From contig JAVECO010000136.1 in assembly GCA_051942205.1 (NCBI GenBank), forward strand, positions 44,389-64,388: a stretch of 20,000 nucleotides of DNA. Reading direction: 5' to 3'. Position 1 is the stretch's first letter; each line of letters starts with the position of its first letter. The notes below the pieces were generated by a model. The model made no database searches. It was not told the origin of the DNA and saw only the letters and a program-made list of their open reading frames with translations. Positions 1 through 10,103 of the stretch are shown one piece after another. The position numbers were made by a program, and so were the translations under genes. Source of the DNA: Coniocarpon cinnabarinum (lineage: Eukaryota).

Positions 1-2
1 CC

Positions 3-464
3 CTGACAGTCCATCCCGCCTTCGTTCGCGCTATGGAGGCTTGCCCGCCAGGACAGCCACCACTGAATAGGGAGCAAAACAAGGTCTACTGCACGCAGGA
101 CTTTTGCTGTCGTAGTAGGTCCATGTTGCTTCAGGTCGACCCCGAAGTCAAGGACGACAAGGCCAAGGAGGCGTTTCGGGAGGTCTATGAGCGATGCATG
201 ATGGCAAGCATGATGGTGAACGACACGTCAGCAAAGACAAGCATGATGTTGGGGGAGAACCCTGGGGAGGCGATTGATTTTGGACCGGATGTCAAGGATG
301 CGGTAAAGGAGCTTGAGAAGAAATTGCCGGATGAGGTGCGTGTGAATCAATTTACGCTCAATCACTCAGAGCCGCAGCAAGCTCGTTCCCGGATGAAAAC
401 ACGGGCAGTGGCAGAAATGCGTTCCGGGCGACTATCGATGTCGGTGAACGCGGTCGACAGCTAG
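3..464 (+). CDS. Hypothetical protein, 3' portion (5'-truncated by the window edge)
   Basis: The frame of ORF 33..464 is open back to position 3 (LTVHPAFVRA-MEACPPG...), so the true start is probably upstream. Coding-like composition, TAG stop at 462-464. No family recognised. Confidence 0.65.
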   Translation: MTVHPAFVRAMEACPPGQPPLNREQNKVYCTQDFCCRSRSMLLQVDPEVKDDKAKEAFREVYERCMMASMMVNDTSAKTSMMLGENPGEAIDFGPDVKDAVKELEKKLPDEVRVNQFTLNHSEPQQARSRMKTRAVAEMRSGRLSMSVNAVDS

Positions 465-1214
465 CTGACGAAGAATCAAATCTAGGCCGCGATGTTCTGA
501 ACCTAGAGGACTAGGAAATTCACCGGCAAGGATCAAACTTCTCGGGTGGATGGGGGATCTAGTTAGCTGTTTACGCTCCGAGGACGGCGGATCGGTGTGG
601 CTGTAGAGGCACGAGTGTTCAGCGCGCTTTCCCCACGCAGTCACAGTCAGAAGCTATTAGCAAGATGATCCGAAACCCAAAATGAAAAGCTGAGGCTTTA
701 TCCAGCGTTGAAGCGCAGCGCCGCAGGTTGCAAGCCATTCGTGTCTAATGATAGATGAGGCACTGAACGGGAGGATGAGAGATGGACTGGAGGAAAGAGA
801 CGCGTGCCAAGTATTTTAAGTAACGATCGGCACGCCGCGCTGCTGTGACCGGAAGATCTTGACCAATCAAATTGGATGGGGGCGGAATTGTGGGACAAGA
901 TGCTGCTCGAGTCAGGTGATCATTGGACGCGCTCCACTCACTGCGCCTCTTCTTTTTCCAAATGACGCACCTCTGCAACCATCCATCTTTCCACACATCC
1001 TCCCACGCACACTTAAATACCTGCAGAGCTCCCTCTTGGAACAGGATCATCTTCTCATCATTGCCATCATCTCCATACCAGCTTGGCAACTTTGCTTACT
1101 TCACGCTTTACTTCGAGCTTAATTTTAATAATCATCCATCGGCGTCTCGATTCCGTCTAGTCATCAGTCCAAAGCTTCCCGAAATCTCTCCAGCTTCAAG
1201 CCAGTGCTATTACA

Positions 1215-1871
1215 ATGTCTTCCACCACAACGCTCTTCACCGCCGCCTTGGCCTGCTTCGCATCTGTTTCTGCAGCTCCGTTCAGCAAGCGTGCAGCCTG
1301 CCCTGGTCGTGCCGTGGACAGCTCAGCGCCCATGCAACTTTACTACGTCCCCCGTACCGCTCCGACCGACACTGACGGTGTCGATGTCTGTGGCGCTATC
1401 ACTACTGGGCCGGTCCACTATCTCGAACCTGAACAGCCCGACACACCGGCCAGCAAAGGCCAACGGTATCTTGCCCCCGTCCCTCGCGTGAGCGATATTT
1501 ACGTCAGCCTCGTGGGTGGCTACATCCACACCTCCCTGCCAATTCCCGGCAACGAGCCTCCGGCCAACGCCACCTGGAGCTCCATTAACGATCCTGTTTT
1601 CCCTGACGACGGCACCAACACCGGCGGCGAGGTCTTCTTCACAGTCGAGAACGAGGGCGCGGATGGTGGTCTGACCATTGACCCAGACACGGGTGCTTTG
1701 CATCTCTTCCGCGAATCCACACCCAGCCTGCAGCCTGACTACGCGATCTGGAAAGTCTGCGACACGCCTTACCCACACTTGGCTTTCAAGGGCGAGACGA
1801 CTACCAGCTGCCAGGATGTCTACGTGATTGGCTGCAACCAGGGCAATTGCCCGCCTCTCGGCTCTCATTAG
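1215..1871 (+). CDS. Small secreted cysteine-containing protein (218 aa), candidate cell-wall or effector-like protein
   Basis: Single-exon ORF with start context ACAATG. Signal-peptide-like N-terminus MSSTTTLFTAALACFASVSA, then APFSKR (Kex2-type dibasic site). Six Cys after the signal peptide, one NAT sequon, C-rich third codon positions. Confidence 0.85.
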   Translation: MSSTTTLFTAALACFASVSAAPFSKRAACPGRAVDSSAPMQLYYVPRTAPTDTDGVDVCGAITTGPVHYLEPEQPDTPASKGQRYLAPVPRVSDIYVSLVGGYIHTSLPIPGNEPPANATWSSINDPVFPDDGTNTGGEVFFTVENEGADGGLTIDPDTGALHLFRESTPSLQPDYAIWKVCDTPYPHLAFKGETTTSCQDVYVIGCNQGNCPPLGSH

Positions 1872-2623
1872 CAGCAATCAGAACTGGCATGTGACAAAAC
1901 GAGTACAACATACCTACAAATTGAGCACGTCTTCTGTGCTGGAAGCTGAAAGACCCTGATTTACTGCATAGCGCATTGGTGGGAGTGTTTATGAATGAGA
2001 TGATACGAATAGCATACTGCATAATGCATACTTAAGTGTAATGACATATCTGGGGGAAGGGCCTAATCAGAGTTCCTCCCGAGCTATCCATCTAGACATA
2101 TAATCGAATAAGAGTAATTCCAATACATAATCTCCTGGTCGACTGAAAGCATCGTCACAATGCTTTCTCACGTCGTGACGTCTTAAGCAGATGAGGCTTA
2201 CGACGCTAGGTTTTGTCCAAGAAAGATCACCCTGCGGTTCAGCGCTCTTGGTGTGACTTTGTTCACTCTTCGCAATGGATGATATTCCCACCGTCATTTC
2301 GAGCAAAACGCTCAGCAATCCGATCATTCGTAGAGCAGTGACGTCAAAGCTCTTGCTGTGAGATGCTTAGATTATTGTACGACATTCCGGATGGATGTGT
2401 GGTCAGCTGGAACCAGGCCACGACACGATCTTGCCTGGTCATCTCGCTCAGTTTCAGGAAAGAGGATTCATTTTAGATATTAGAAAGAGGCGCTCGCTCT
2501 ACTCCGCGCTTCCGTCAAGATCTATTCTCTTTTTGGGGACGCAGCCTTGCGTTGTGTGCTAGTGGCGCAAAGCAGGTGTTCGTCGCCTGCTAGGCAGCAT
2601 CACCCACACATGGGGACATTCAT

Positions 2624-2630
2624 TATAAAT
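2624..2630 (+). promoter_or_regulatory. Putative TATA box of the F-box gene
   Basis: TATAAAT about 95 nt upstream of ATG 2722. Positional inference only. Confidence 0.35.
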
Positions 2631-2721
2631 ACGTCCAGAGTTCAAACACGAGACTATTCTGCAAACGATTCAGAAAGATCATAAGGCTGCTCAGGATCTA
2701 GGTGGCAACCCGGCTGAAAAC

Positions 2722-4198
2722 ATGGCCTCCGGGTTGGTCACGCTCCCTTTCGAGGTAGTCGAGAATATCGCACGCTACAGTGATGCGCTTTCAGTAGTTC
2801 ATTTGGCTGCCACCTGTCGACGACTGCGACAAATCATTTGGCGAGCACAGATGTTTGAGCACGTCATCAAATACCACCAAAGGTAAGCAAAGAGCGCCAG
2901 GTCTTCATCAACTCTGTGGGATTCTCGAAAGTCATGAGCAATACGAGTCTGGCAACACTCCTGATATCGTGGCTGAAATACTGCTTGTAGATCCTGGCAG
3001 CCAATGGTTGTGAATGAACCTTCGAATATTAGGGGTAAGTGCTACGTCCCAGAGGCCCTCGCACACTTGAACCTGGATGTAATCGAACGAACCGCCGGCG
3101 AAGAGCCTTCGACGTGGGCCAAGTTTGCACTGGCGAATGAATACGCCAATCAATTCCACGGTGGCCAAGAGTGGGATCTGAAAGCCGGACGCATTCAGAA
3201 GGTACTTCGGTGGGCCCCTCATACCGTGCTATATGGCCATCCTTTCATTACGTCGCCGTGGCTCGCAGAGCATCTAAATGAAGCCATGACGGGCGAGCCT
3301 ATTGAGACAGAGCGAGCGTTTCTGTTTGCCTCGTGCATAATGAGCATTACTCATGACGGGCTTCAACCGTTCAGAGGAAAGCATATTGGCGAGGCAACAT
3401 GGGTCAATGATGCATGCAAAATTGGAAACAACATGGCAAAGCTGTACCGAGCCATAGGTAAGGATGACCCATTTTCGCCTGGCAATGGTTCACTGCCAAA
3501 AGAAGCAGCGCTCAAGACTTCCCTCTGTTGACTTTGATCGGGCCCATCGAGTAGCTGTTTATCGTACAATGGCTAACTCGGCAGCTTCCAGGCTGTTTCG
3601 CTTTGGCTCTCAGGATGATACAATCGCACCACTCAACCGCTCAAAGTATGCCCCGGTTGCGAGATTCACCCCTTTTGGCGCCCCCCAGTGTTTTCGGCTT
3701 TCCATACGTCAGCCCTCCTGTCCCTTTCACTGGAAATTTTTGCAGTTGGCACGACAAGTATCTGGAGTCGTTAGATTTGCCCGAGTACCTCACATCCGGT
3801 ACTTGGGTCGGGTACTACTCGCACCACGGAACACGATTCTTGGATCCTCCCATGACTGGTGTCAAGTTCCGCCGGTCGATGGCAGACAACCGGATCATCT
3901 TCGCCAACGGAATCGACCGCGTTGGGTAAGTCAAAGTTTACTGAAAATTCTTCAGCAAACTTGTTAGGCAACTGACAACGGCCTTTGCAGGTCGTTCCAA
4001 CTCAACGAGATCAATTGGCAGGGTACTTCGCTGGACATGGTCAAAGACTACGGTCCATTCACTTGGCGCTGGCAGTGCAAAGTCACTCCGTTTGGCATAT
4101 TCGGCACATGGCACTCTGGTGCAAGCCTCCGTGTGAACGGCAGCATCTGGCTTTGGAAGGAAGAATGGATGACACGAACGCGGACGGGGGACAACTGA
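2722..4198 (+). CDS. F-box domain protein (predicted 389 aa, 4 exons)
   Basis: Exons 2722-2882, 2991-3457, 3592-3925, 3991-4198 total 1170 nt and join in frame. Introns: 2883-2990 (GTAAGC..TAG), 3458-3591 (GTAAGG..GCTAAC..CAG), 3926-3990 (GTAAGT..ACTGAC..CAG). Exon 1 encodes an F-box pattern: LVTLPFEVVENIARYSDALSVVHLAATCRRLRQII. The C-terminus is aromatic/Gly-rich (WVGYY..DPPM..GIDRVGSF..KDY..WRW..TPFGIFGTW..GSIWLWKEEW). Confidence 0.85.
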
Positions 4199-4600
4199 AG
4201 TCATATAGCTCCAGCATTACGGCCCCATCATACCAACAGCATGGGTGCTTGAAGCGAAGCCGTTCGGTGCCGTAATGATGTGATTGGCGAGAGCCTCAGA
4301 TCCGGGTTTCGCACGGCTGAACCTGGGGTGGCCAGGACCCGTAGATTGCGGCTAACAGACGCTCAGAATAACCAAGGCCAACCATCAGATAGTCGGCACC
4401 TATTTGCAGGTATGCCTTGCACGGCAGGATACCTAGTCGAGTAACTAGCGTATCGGCTTAATAATCCAAGAAACGGCATCTTTCTCGTATTTCGAGCAAC
4501 GTTTCACTGCATGCGTACACTTGAGTCATGCAGCATATAGCAACCTTCACGCTTCGGCTTGGTTCCTGACATCATCAGAGGATTATTTAGTCAACATAAA

Positions 4601-5632
4601 ATGGATCAGACAAAAGGATCATTAACATCGCCAGGTCTCGTCCGTGCTTCCAGCATTGCCGTCTTTGCAGCGGTGCTCATTGCCGTCAACCTCTATGCGC
4701 CTGTACTGATCAATACAGTTCCACCAAGCAAGCCGAACCCGAGTGCCAACATGGCGCCGCTACCCCGTGAGATTTTCAACCGGAGTCTATACCGCTCCAT
4801 CCTGCAGCTCTGGTTCTCCGGACATCCCATGACTTCTACTGTGATGACGCCAGCCACTCAGAAAAAATGGTTTGCAGTGGGCGCAACGCCTGAGGAGAAA
4901 GCCGCATTCGACCTAGAATGCAAGAACGCTGCAATGCCAGCGCTTGACTTTCTCAGCCCGGAGAAGTATCATCTCCCGACATGGGAAGGGTTTGATGCTG
5001 ATAAGCGCAATACATTTGCGCTCAGCGAGCCGTTTCGTGCACGGATCGTAGAGGATAGCCAACCTATTGCATCCCGCGCAACAGAGGCCATTCCTCCGGA
5101 ATGGGCACACAAGGAGGTTCCTGATGAGCTTGATCATGCTGATATTGCTCGCGCCTTTGTCCTTCTTTTAGATCAACTCCCGCGCAACATCTATCGAGGC
5201 GTGAAGGATCAGCATCGGGTTTATTCGCACTATGATCGACTCGCACGCGCGATCGTGCATAGCATCTTCAACAATACTGCCCCGGACAGTCCTACACCTG
5301 AACTCAACGGCCTCGACGAACGCGACCGCTTGGCTCATTCGCCAGCACATAGACTATGGTTCTACATGCCCCTCGAACACTCCGAAGACCTGCAGGACCA
5401 CAATCTCCTCAGCACGAAGATAGACGACATATGCGCGCTGTGTGATGCTCGAGGTGACGCCGCGAGCAAAGAATTTGTAGAGGGTCCTTTTAAGGAATTT
5501 GAGGTGCTGCACGCTGATCTCCTGAGGCGCTTCGGGCGGTATCCCCATCGGAACGAGGCGCTGGGGAGGGAGCCTACCAAAGAGGAAATCGACTACTTGG
5601 AGAATGGGGGTCAGAGGTTTGGAACAGGGTGA
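4601..5632 (+). CDS. DUF924 family protein
   Basis: Family motifs LLLDQLPRNIYRG, FYMPLEHSEDL and LLRRFGRYPHRNEALGREPTKEEIDYL. The first ATG is at 4601 (the ORF-track start at 4559 is TTG). A second in-frame ATG at 4751 has strong context (GCCAACATGG). Confidence 0.9.
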   Translation: MDQTKGSLTSPGLVRASSIAVFAAVLIAVNLYAPVLINTVPPSKPNPSANMAPLPREIFNRSLYRSILQLWFSGHPMTSTVMTPATQKKWFAVGATPEEKAAFDLECKNAAMPALDFLSPEKYHLPTWEGFDADKRNTFALSEPFRARIVEDSQPIASRATEAIPPEWAHKEVPDELDHADIARAFVLLLDQLPRNIYRGVKDQHRVYSHYDRLARAIVHSIFNNTAPDSPTPELNGLDERDRLAHSPAHRLWFYMPLEHSEDLQDHNLLSTKIDDICALCDARGDAASKEFVEGPFKEFEVLHADLLRRFGRYPHRNEALGREPTKEEIDYLENGGQRFGTG

Positions 5633-6826
5633 ATCGCGTGTGTTGGTCGGCATATCGGGCTGCGCCAGATGTCAGCCTCTGTCCTCGCGATAGTATCCTT
5701 GTGCGTAACCATGCGGGCCGAGAAGAGCGCCATCCGCTGTCCTGGAATTCGCCTAAATGAAGTGGCTGGCCACCTTCAGTTTAGCACTCCATCTCTGCGA
5801 GGGTGTACCCGACTGGACTGCAACAGGTTTGCTTCAGACTTCAGCCTACGCATAAATATTTTCACGCCTCAAGCGCACCCAGGACCGGCTCACACCCACA
5901 AAGGCTGACATGACCGTGAATGATCATTCACACTTCTATTGTTCGGAAAGAGCGCCTTCGGACAGCCCGAGTTGTGCTTAGGATGTTACCAATATTCACA
6001 TGCGAATCTAACCTCCGGTAGTCTCGAACAACTCCTTCCCCATATTTGCTTTGTAGTATGCGCTCAACGAGGACGCGTGCTACTCAACGCGCTATCTAGC
6101 AGAACAGGTAGCTAACATTCAGCCCTGCAAAGGCCTCCAAACCAAACCCTCCTAAAAAAAACAGATCGTCAATCTTTCAATTTACAACACTGTTGATGCT
6201 CTAGCTTTGCTTCGACGTCTCTCGGCAAGTTGCCAGCTACTGCACACGAGTCTTTGGGTCTTTCCACGTTTTACTCATTCAATCAACATCGCCGAAGAAT
6301 AGAATCGCATCGATATGAAGTCTCGATGACTGGAGAGCTGCTGGACCTTTGACGCTATCCTAACATGATAATTAACCTGACAAGATGGCATTGCGTGTGC
6401 CACTGTGGGCGGTTTAGACGATGTTATTCCAGTGCTCAAAAGCATTGCGCTTGTGCTTGGGAATGGCCAAAAGAACCACAAGGTCAAGTGTTGGCCAACT
6501 GAATGAACTAGCATACACAGACCCCGTGGAAGAATGAGAGAAAACTCGAGCACTATTGCGATGGTTTTTATGCTGGCCTGATACCGCCTGGGATCTAAAT
6601 GATACTGAGATATTATGAGGTAGAAATACAGTGCTTTCTTCATCAAGAAGTGTATCCTAGGTATTCCATCAGTCGCCCTCTTACACTGACACTTGAGTCA
6701 AATCCGCTGGACCAGTCTGTCGCTGAGCCAGCCTTGTACAACGTTCCTGTAAGCCTCCAGTTTCAGGTCTAAGCCTTGTGTTCTTCATTCGCGTCTGTCT
6801 CTCCTCCACACCCAGTCCGACATCTC

Positions 6827-9767
6827 CTAAAGCTCCTCATCGTCATCTTCCACGTATTCGCCGGCTGATCCCAGGTCCTCACCATCCCGATATTCACAGT
6901 ATCCTTCACTCACCCCACCACTCTCACTGCCACTTCCGCTCTGGCTCTCATCAATGTGATGGTCATCACCACCGGTATCTCCCTGATCTTCGGCAGCATC
7001 TTCGACGACTTCAAAATGCGCAGCTGCGCCCGGTCGACTCGTCCATCTCATACGCCACTCTGGGTCCTCTAGCGCTTCTCTGCGCAGCAGCTCACCTCGC
7101 GACAGCTGTGTCTCTGCCTCTTCATCTGCTGTCGAATGGTCTGGTCGCCAGGCTGAATGGTCTGCTCGGCACTCTTCAGAAGCGTCAGGGAGGCGCTTCT
7201 CGGGGTCCTGAACGCGGCCAGAATCAATCCAAATCGGATCGTCGTCTGTTCGTGGTTGTTGAGACGGGGCATCGTTCGTGACAGAGACTCGAGGATCCGC
7301 CGCCTCGTTCGCGTTCATTGGACTGTTTCGCTTCCTTGCCTTTGCAGTCTTCTTGACCTTCTTAGGCGGAGCAGGCTTCTGCGATTCGTTCTCGTCCGAT
7401 GAGTACTGAACGTCGAAGCCTTCCGGGAGACCCTTGCCCGCCGTCGTTGGGCGTACTGAAGCGGGTGTCTGCTGAGTTGTGGGATTTCCTGCATCGTTGG
7501 CCTTTGAAGCCAAATAATGTCCATCGACTTCTTCATCACCCTCAGCGTCAATGTCGTCAGTGTCATCAGCTGGGCGTTTCACATGTGCACCATAGCCTCT
7601 TGAGCTCTCAGGTGCGTATTTCCTGCTTCTGCCTGGACACTGTGTATGATGACAGTCTCCACAGTGACGACAGTGCACCTCCGGGTCCAACATCCGGTCG
7701 TGCTCCTCCACCACGTCGACAGTGTCGTAACGCCACTGGTCTGCATCATCGTCTGGCGTGTCGTCAACCTGATTCAGGCCATACTCGCGATCGGCCATGG
7801 CCGCCTGTATGCGCTGGTTCTGCCAATGCGGCATGGCTGCAGAGTAGCCCGGTCCCACTTCCGGGTCGTGAAACTGGTCGTCTTGATTACCAGGCACGCC
7901 GCCGTCCATGCCATGGAGATCCCTTCGAAGGCGATCAATGACTGGAATGAGCTGCAAAAGGACATCGCCACCGAAGCGTCTCACAGCGGCCTCCATCTCA
8001 TATATTAGCAACGAAGTGGTCATTGCATAAGCATGTGCATCATGCTGACCCAATGGATCGTTCTCAGAGACGCGATTCGGTAGTTCACGTTCGCGTACCA
8101 GCCACTTCCAAGGCTTGTCCATATCTCGCACAGGGTCCAGATTGCGCTCGGCCATGGCATTGATGAGACCGACATTGCCGCCGAGCTGCCATCCACGGCG
8201 ACCATAGTCGTCAAGGAGCTGTCCGACGTCGGTTTCACCGTTCTCGTCGGCCTCAGGATACTGGAATCGGCGATACGGCGTGTAGAAGAAGTCACGAACG
8301 TCGGTGTCGTCAGGCTGCTTGGTCTTGGACCAGATGGGGAGTCTCCGGCTATTGGGATAGCGGTCTGGCCAGTCGTCCATTGACCCTACTTGTGGCGTTG
8401 ATGGTGGCCCTCGAGTAGATCTCGGAAGGACGTTGGCCGTTGCGTCATATCTGACCTTTTCACGACCCGTAGGTTGGTACTCATCATTCTGAGGGTACTC
8501 GCTAGCGGCTTCTTGAGACTCCGTGCTGCCAGGTCGCTGATACGTCACCTTCTGGAAGCTGTCGTCAAACATCAGTACGTCGTCGTCTGGCAACGCAGCG
8601 TTTTCATGGATGCCTACAAACCGAGAGTCAGATAATTCTCACAGGTCGAGCAGGACCGTACACGTCCTTCGGACGCGGAACTTACTGTGACTGGTCGCAC
8701 TCGATCGCATCGAATCGTCGAAATCCGTTGTCAAAGTATTGTCCAGCGATTGCAGTGTGTCTGCAAAGGCGCTACTGGAACCAAACGAACAGTTCATTGG
8801 GTCCGCTGGAGTCACAGGCGTATTCATACGTCCTGCGTTATTCGACAAGATCTTCTTCGCCTTAGAACGCGCAAGTTAGCTTCTTGATGTTCTACAAGTG
8901 TCACAGAGCGAACTTACTGGATTGACAGGGGTTGCATGACTGTTGGACATGCTCGCGGTTGGTACTCCGGCACGCTTCTTGCTGCTTGCAGGCCGCTTCT
9001 CGGGTTCATCAGCAGTGGTCTCCTTCTGCTTCCTCTGAGCCGCGCTCTGGTCTCGCTCATTCTGCTTCCTATTGCCCTGCTCAGCAGCCGTGACTTCAGG
9101 GTCCTCTCTTGGATTGATGTATGTGTCGTCGCTCTCGTAGTCTACAAGTTGATCCGAAGGTTGAGCAGCCCTGGTACCGTAGATACCGGTTCGGAAGGTC
9201 AGAATATGGTCGCGAATCTTCGCCAGAGCCTTCGGCTTTTGACGATAATCTGCGCTCGTGCCAGGAACCTCAAGTGCCTTGAAAAAGAATTCAAGTGGCA
9301 GCGGTCGACCTTTGTAAGCGTTTTCAAATTCGCTATAAATTTGGTCGCCACTGAGTTGATCAATCTGGCGCTGGCGTTGTGGGAAAAACAGCAACCGCAC
9401 TCTGCCTGGAGGAGTCTTGTCTCGCTTCTTGCGAGCCTGCTCTTCCGCTTTGGCGCCTTTCACGGGACCTGTCTTCTGCGAGAGCGCATTAATACTTGAT
9501 ATGTCAAATACAGACATGAATGGACCTTCTTACCTTCCGTCCTGTTTGGTCCGCAGTCTTCTTCTGTTTCTTGGGAGGCGGGCTCTCTTCGACATAATCC
9601 TCATCCTCGTCGTCGTTGTCGGCTTCCCTTGCTCGCTTCGAGCCCGCCTGAGCTTTTCGGGTTGTCGGCTCGTGGCTGGTCGATGTTGGTGAGACAGAAG
9701 GAAGGTCGGGCCTATTTTGTGGGGCAGCAGCTTTGGCTTTCTTTGGGCTTCCCTGTGTTGCGTCCAT
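6827..9767 (-). CDS. Hypothetical, largely disordered, probably nuclear protein (predicted 917 aa, 4 exons); paralog A of the divergent pair
   Basis: ATG at 9767 (AACGCCATGG). Exons 9767-9534, 9475-8918, 8860-8686, 8613-6827 total 2754 nt and link four ORF-track entries in frame. Introns: 9533-9476 (GTAAGA..CAG), 8917-8861 (GTAAGT..GCTAAC..AAG), 8685-8614 (GTAAGT..CTGAC..TAG). NLS-like basic clusters (KRAR..PPPKKQKK, PPKKVKKTAKARKR), acidic tracts, and a Cys/His cluster HCRHCGDCHHTQC. Confidence 0.85.
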
Positions 9768-10103
9768 GGCGTTCAGCGGTATTCGATGTTCTTCCCGGTG
9801 GCCAATACAGGAGGTTAATGTTGATCCTTTAGTATGCTGCTGAACAAGAGTTGTAGATTGCAAACTTGCACGGTCCCAAAGACTTGTTTGTTCAGGTTTG
9901 AGCTTTGTCAACTATTGGAGAAAACGCAAGAGGTATCCCGTTCTTCAATTAGCATCTTTTAAGACCAAAGTAAAGGTGAAATGCGAGGCATCGCCTCCGG
10001 GCTTTGGCTTTTACTTAGTATGTTGTGTTATCAGGACGTATAAGTGCATGCTGGGTCTGATACACCTTGCAAGCGCTAGAGAATCAGCAACTTTGCAAAC
10101 AAC
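9768..10103. promoter_or_regulatory. Putative bidirectional promoter between divergent paralogs
   Basis: 336 bp separate ATG 9767 (minus) from ATG 10104 (plus). Both 5' UTRs and promoters must largely fit in this interval. Confidence 0.6.

Noticed and set aside
432..1491. Several overlapping ORFs upstream of and across the secreted-protein gene (e.g. 745..1089, 859..1122, 923..1375, 1204..1491)
   Set aside because: Mostly non-ATG starts, no protein-like features, and they overlap the promoter/5' UTR or alternative frames of the real gene.
1323..1877. 184-aa antisense ORF
   Set aside because: Shadow of the codon-biased 1215..1871 gene.
2339..2346. Perfect CRE/ATF palindrome TGACGTCA upstream of the F-box gene
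   Set aside because: A single 8-mer is plausible by chance in 11 kb, and there is no supporting evidence.
3004..4275. ORFs 3004..3531, 3464..3967, 3603..3929 and 3985..4275 as separate genes
   Set aside because: 3004 and 3603 are exons of the spliced F-box gene. The others are off-frame overlaps.
6275..6646. 123-aa minus-strand ORF
   Set aside because: TTG start, no recognisable motifs, and it lies in the probable 3' UTR/terminator zone of paralog A.
6778..9832. Multiple plus-strand ORFs antisense to paralog A
   Set aside because: Antisense shadows of a long coding sequence with unnatural composition.
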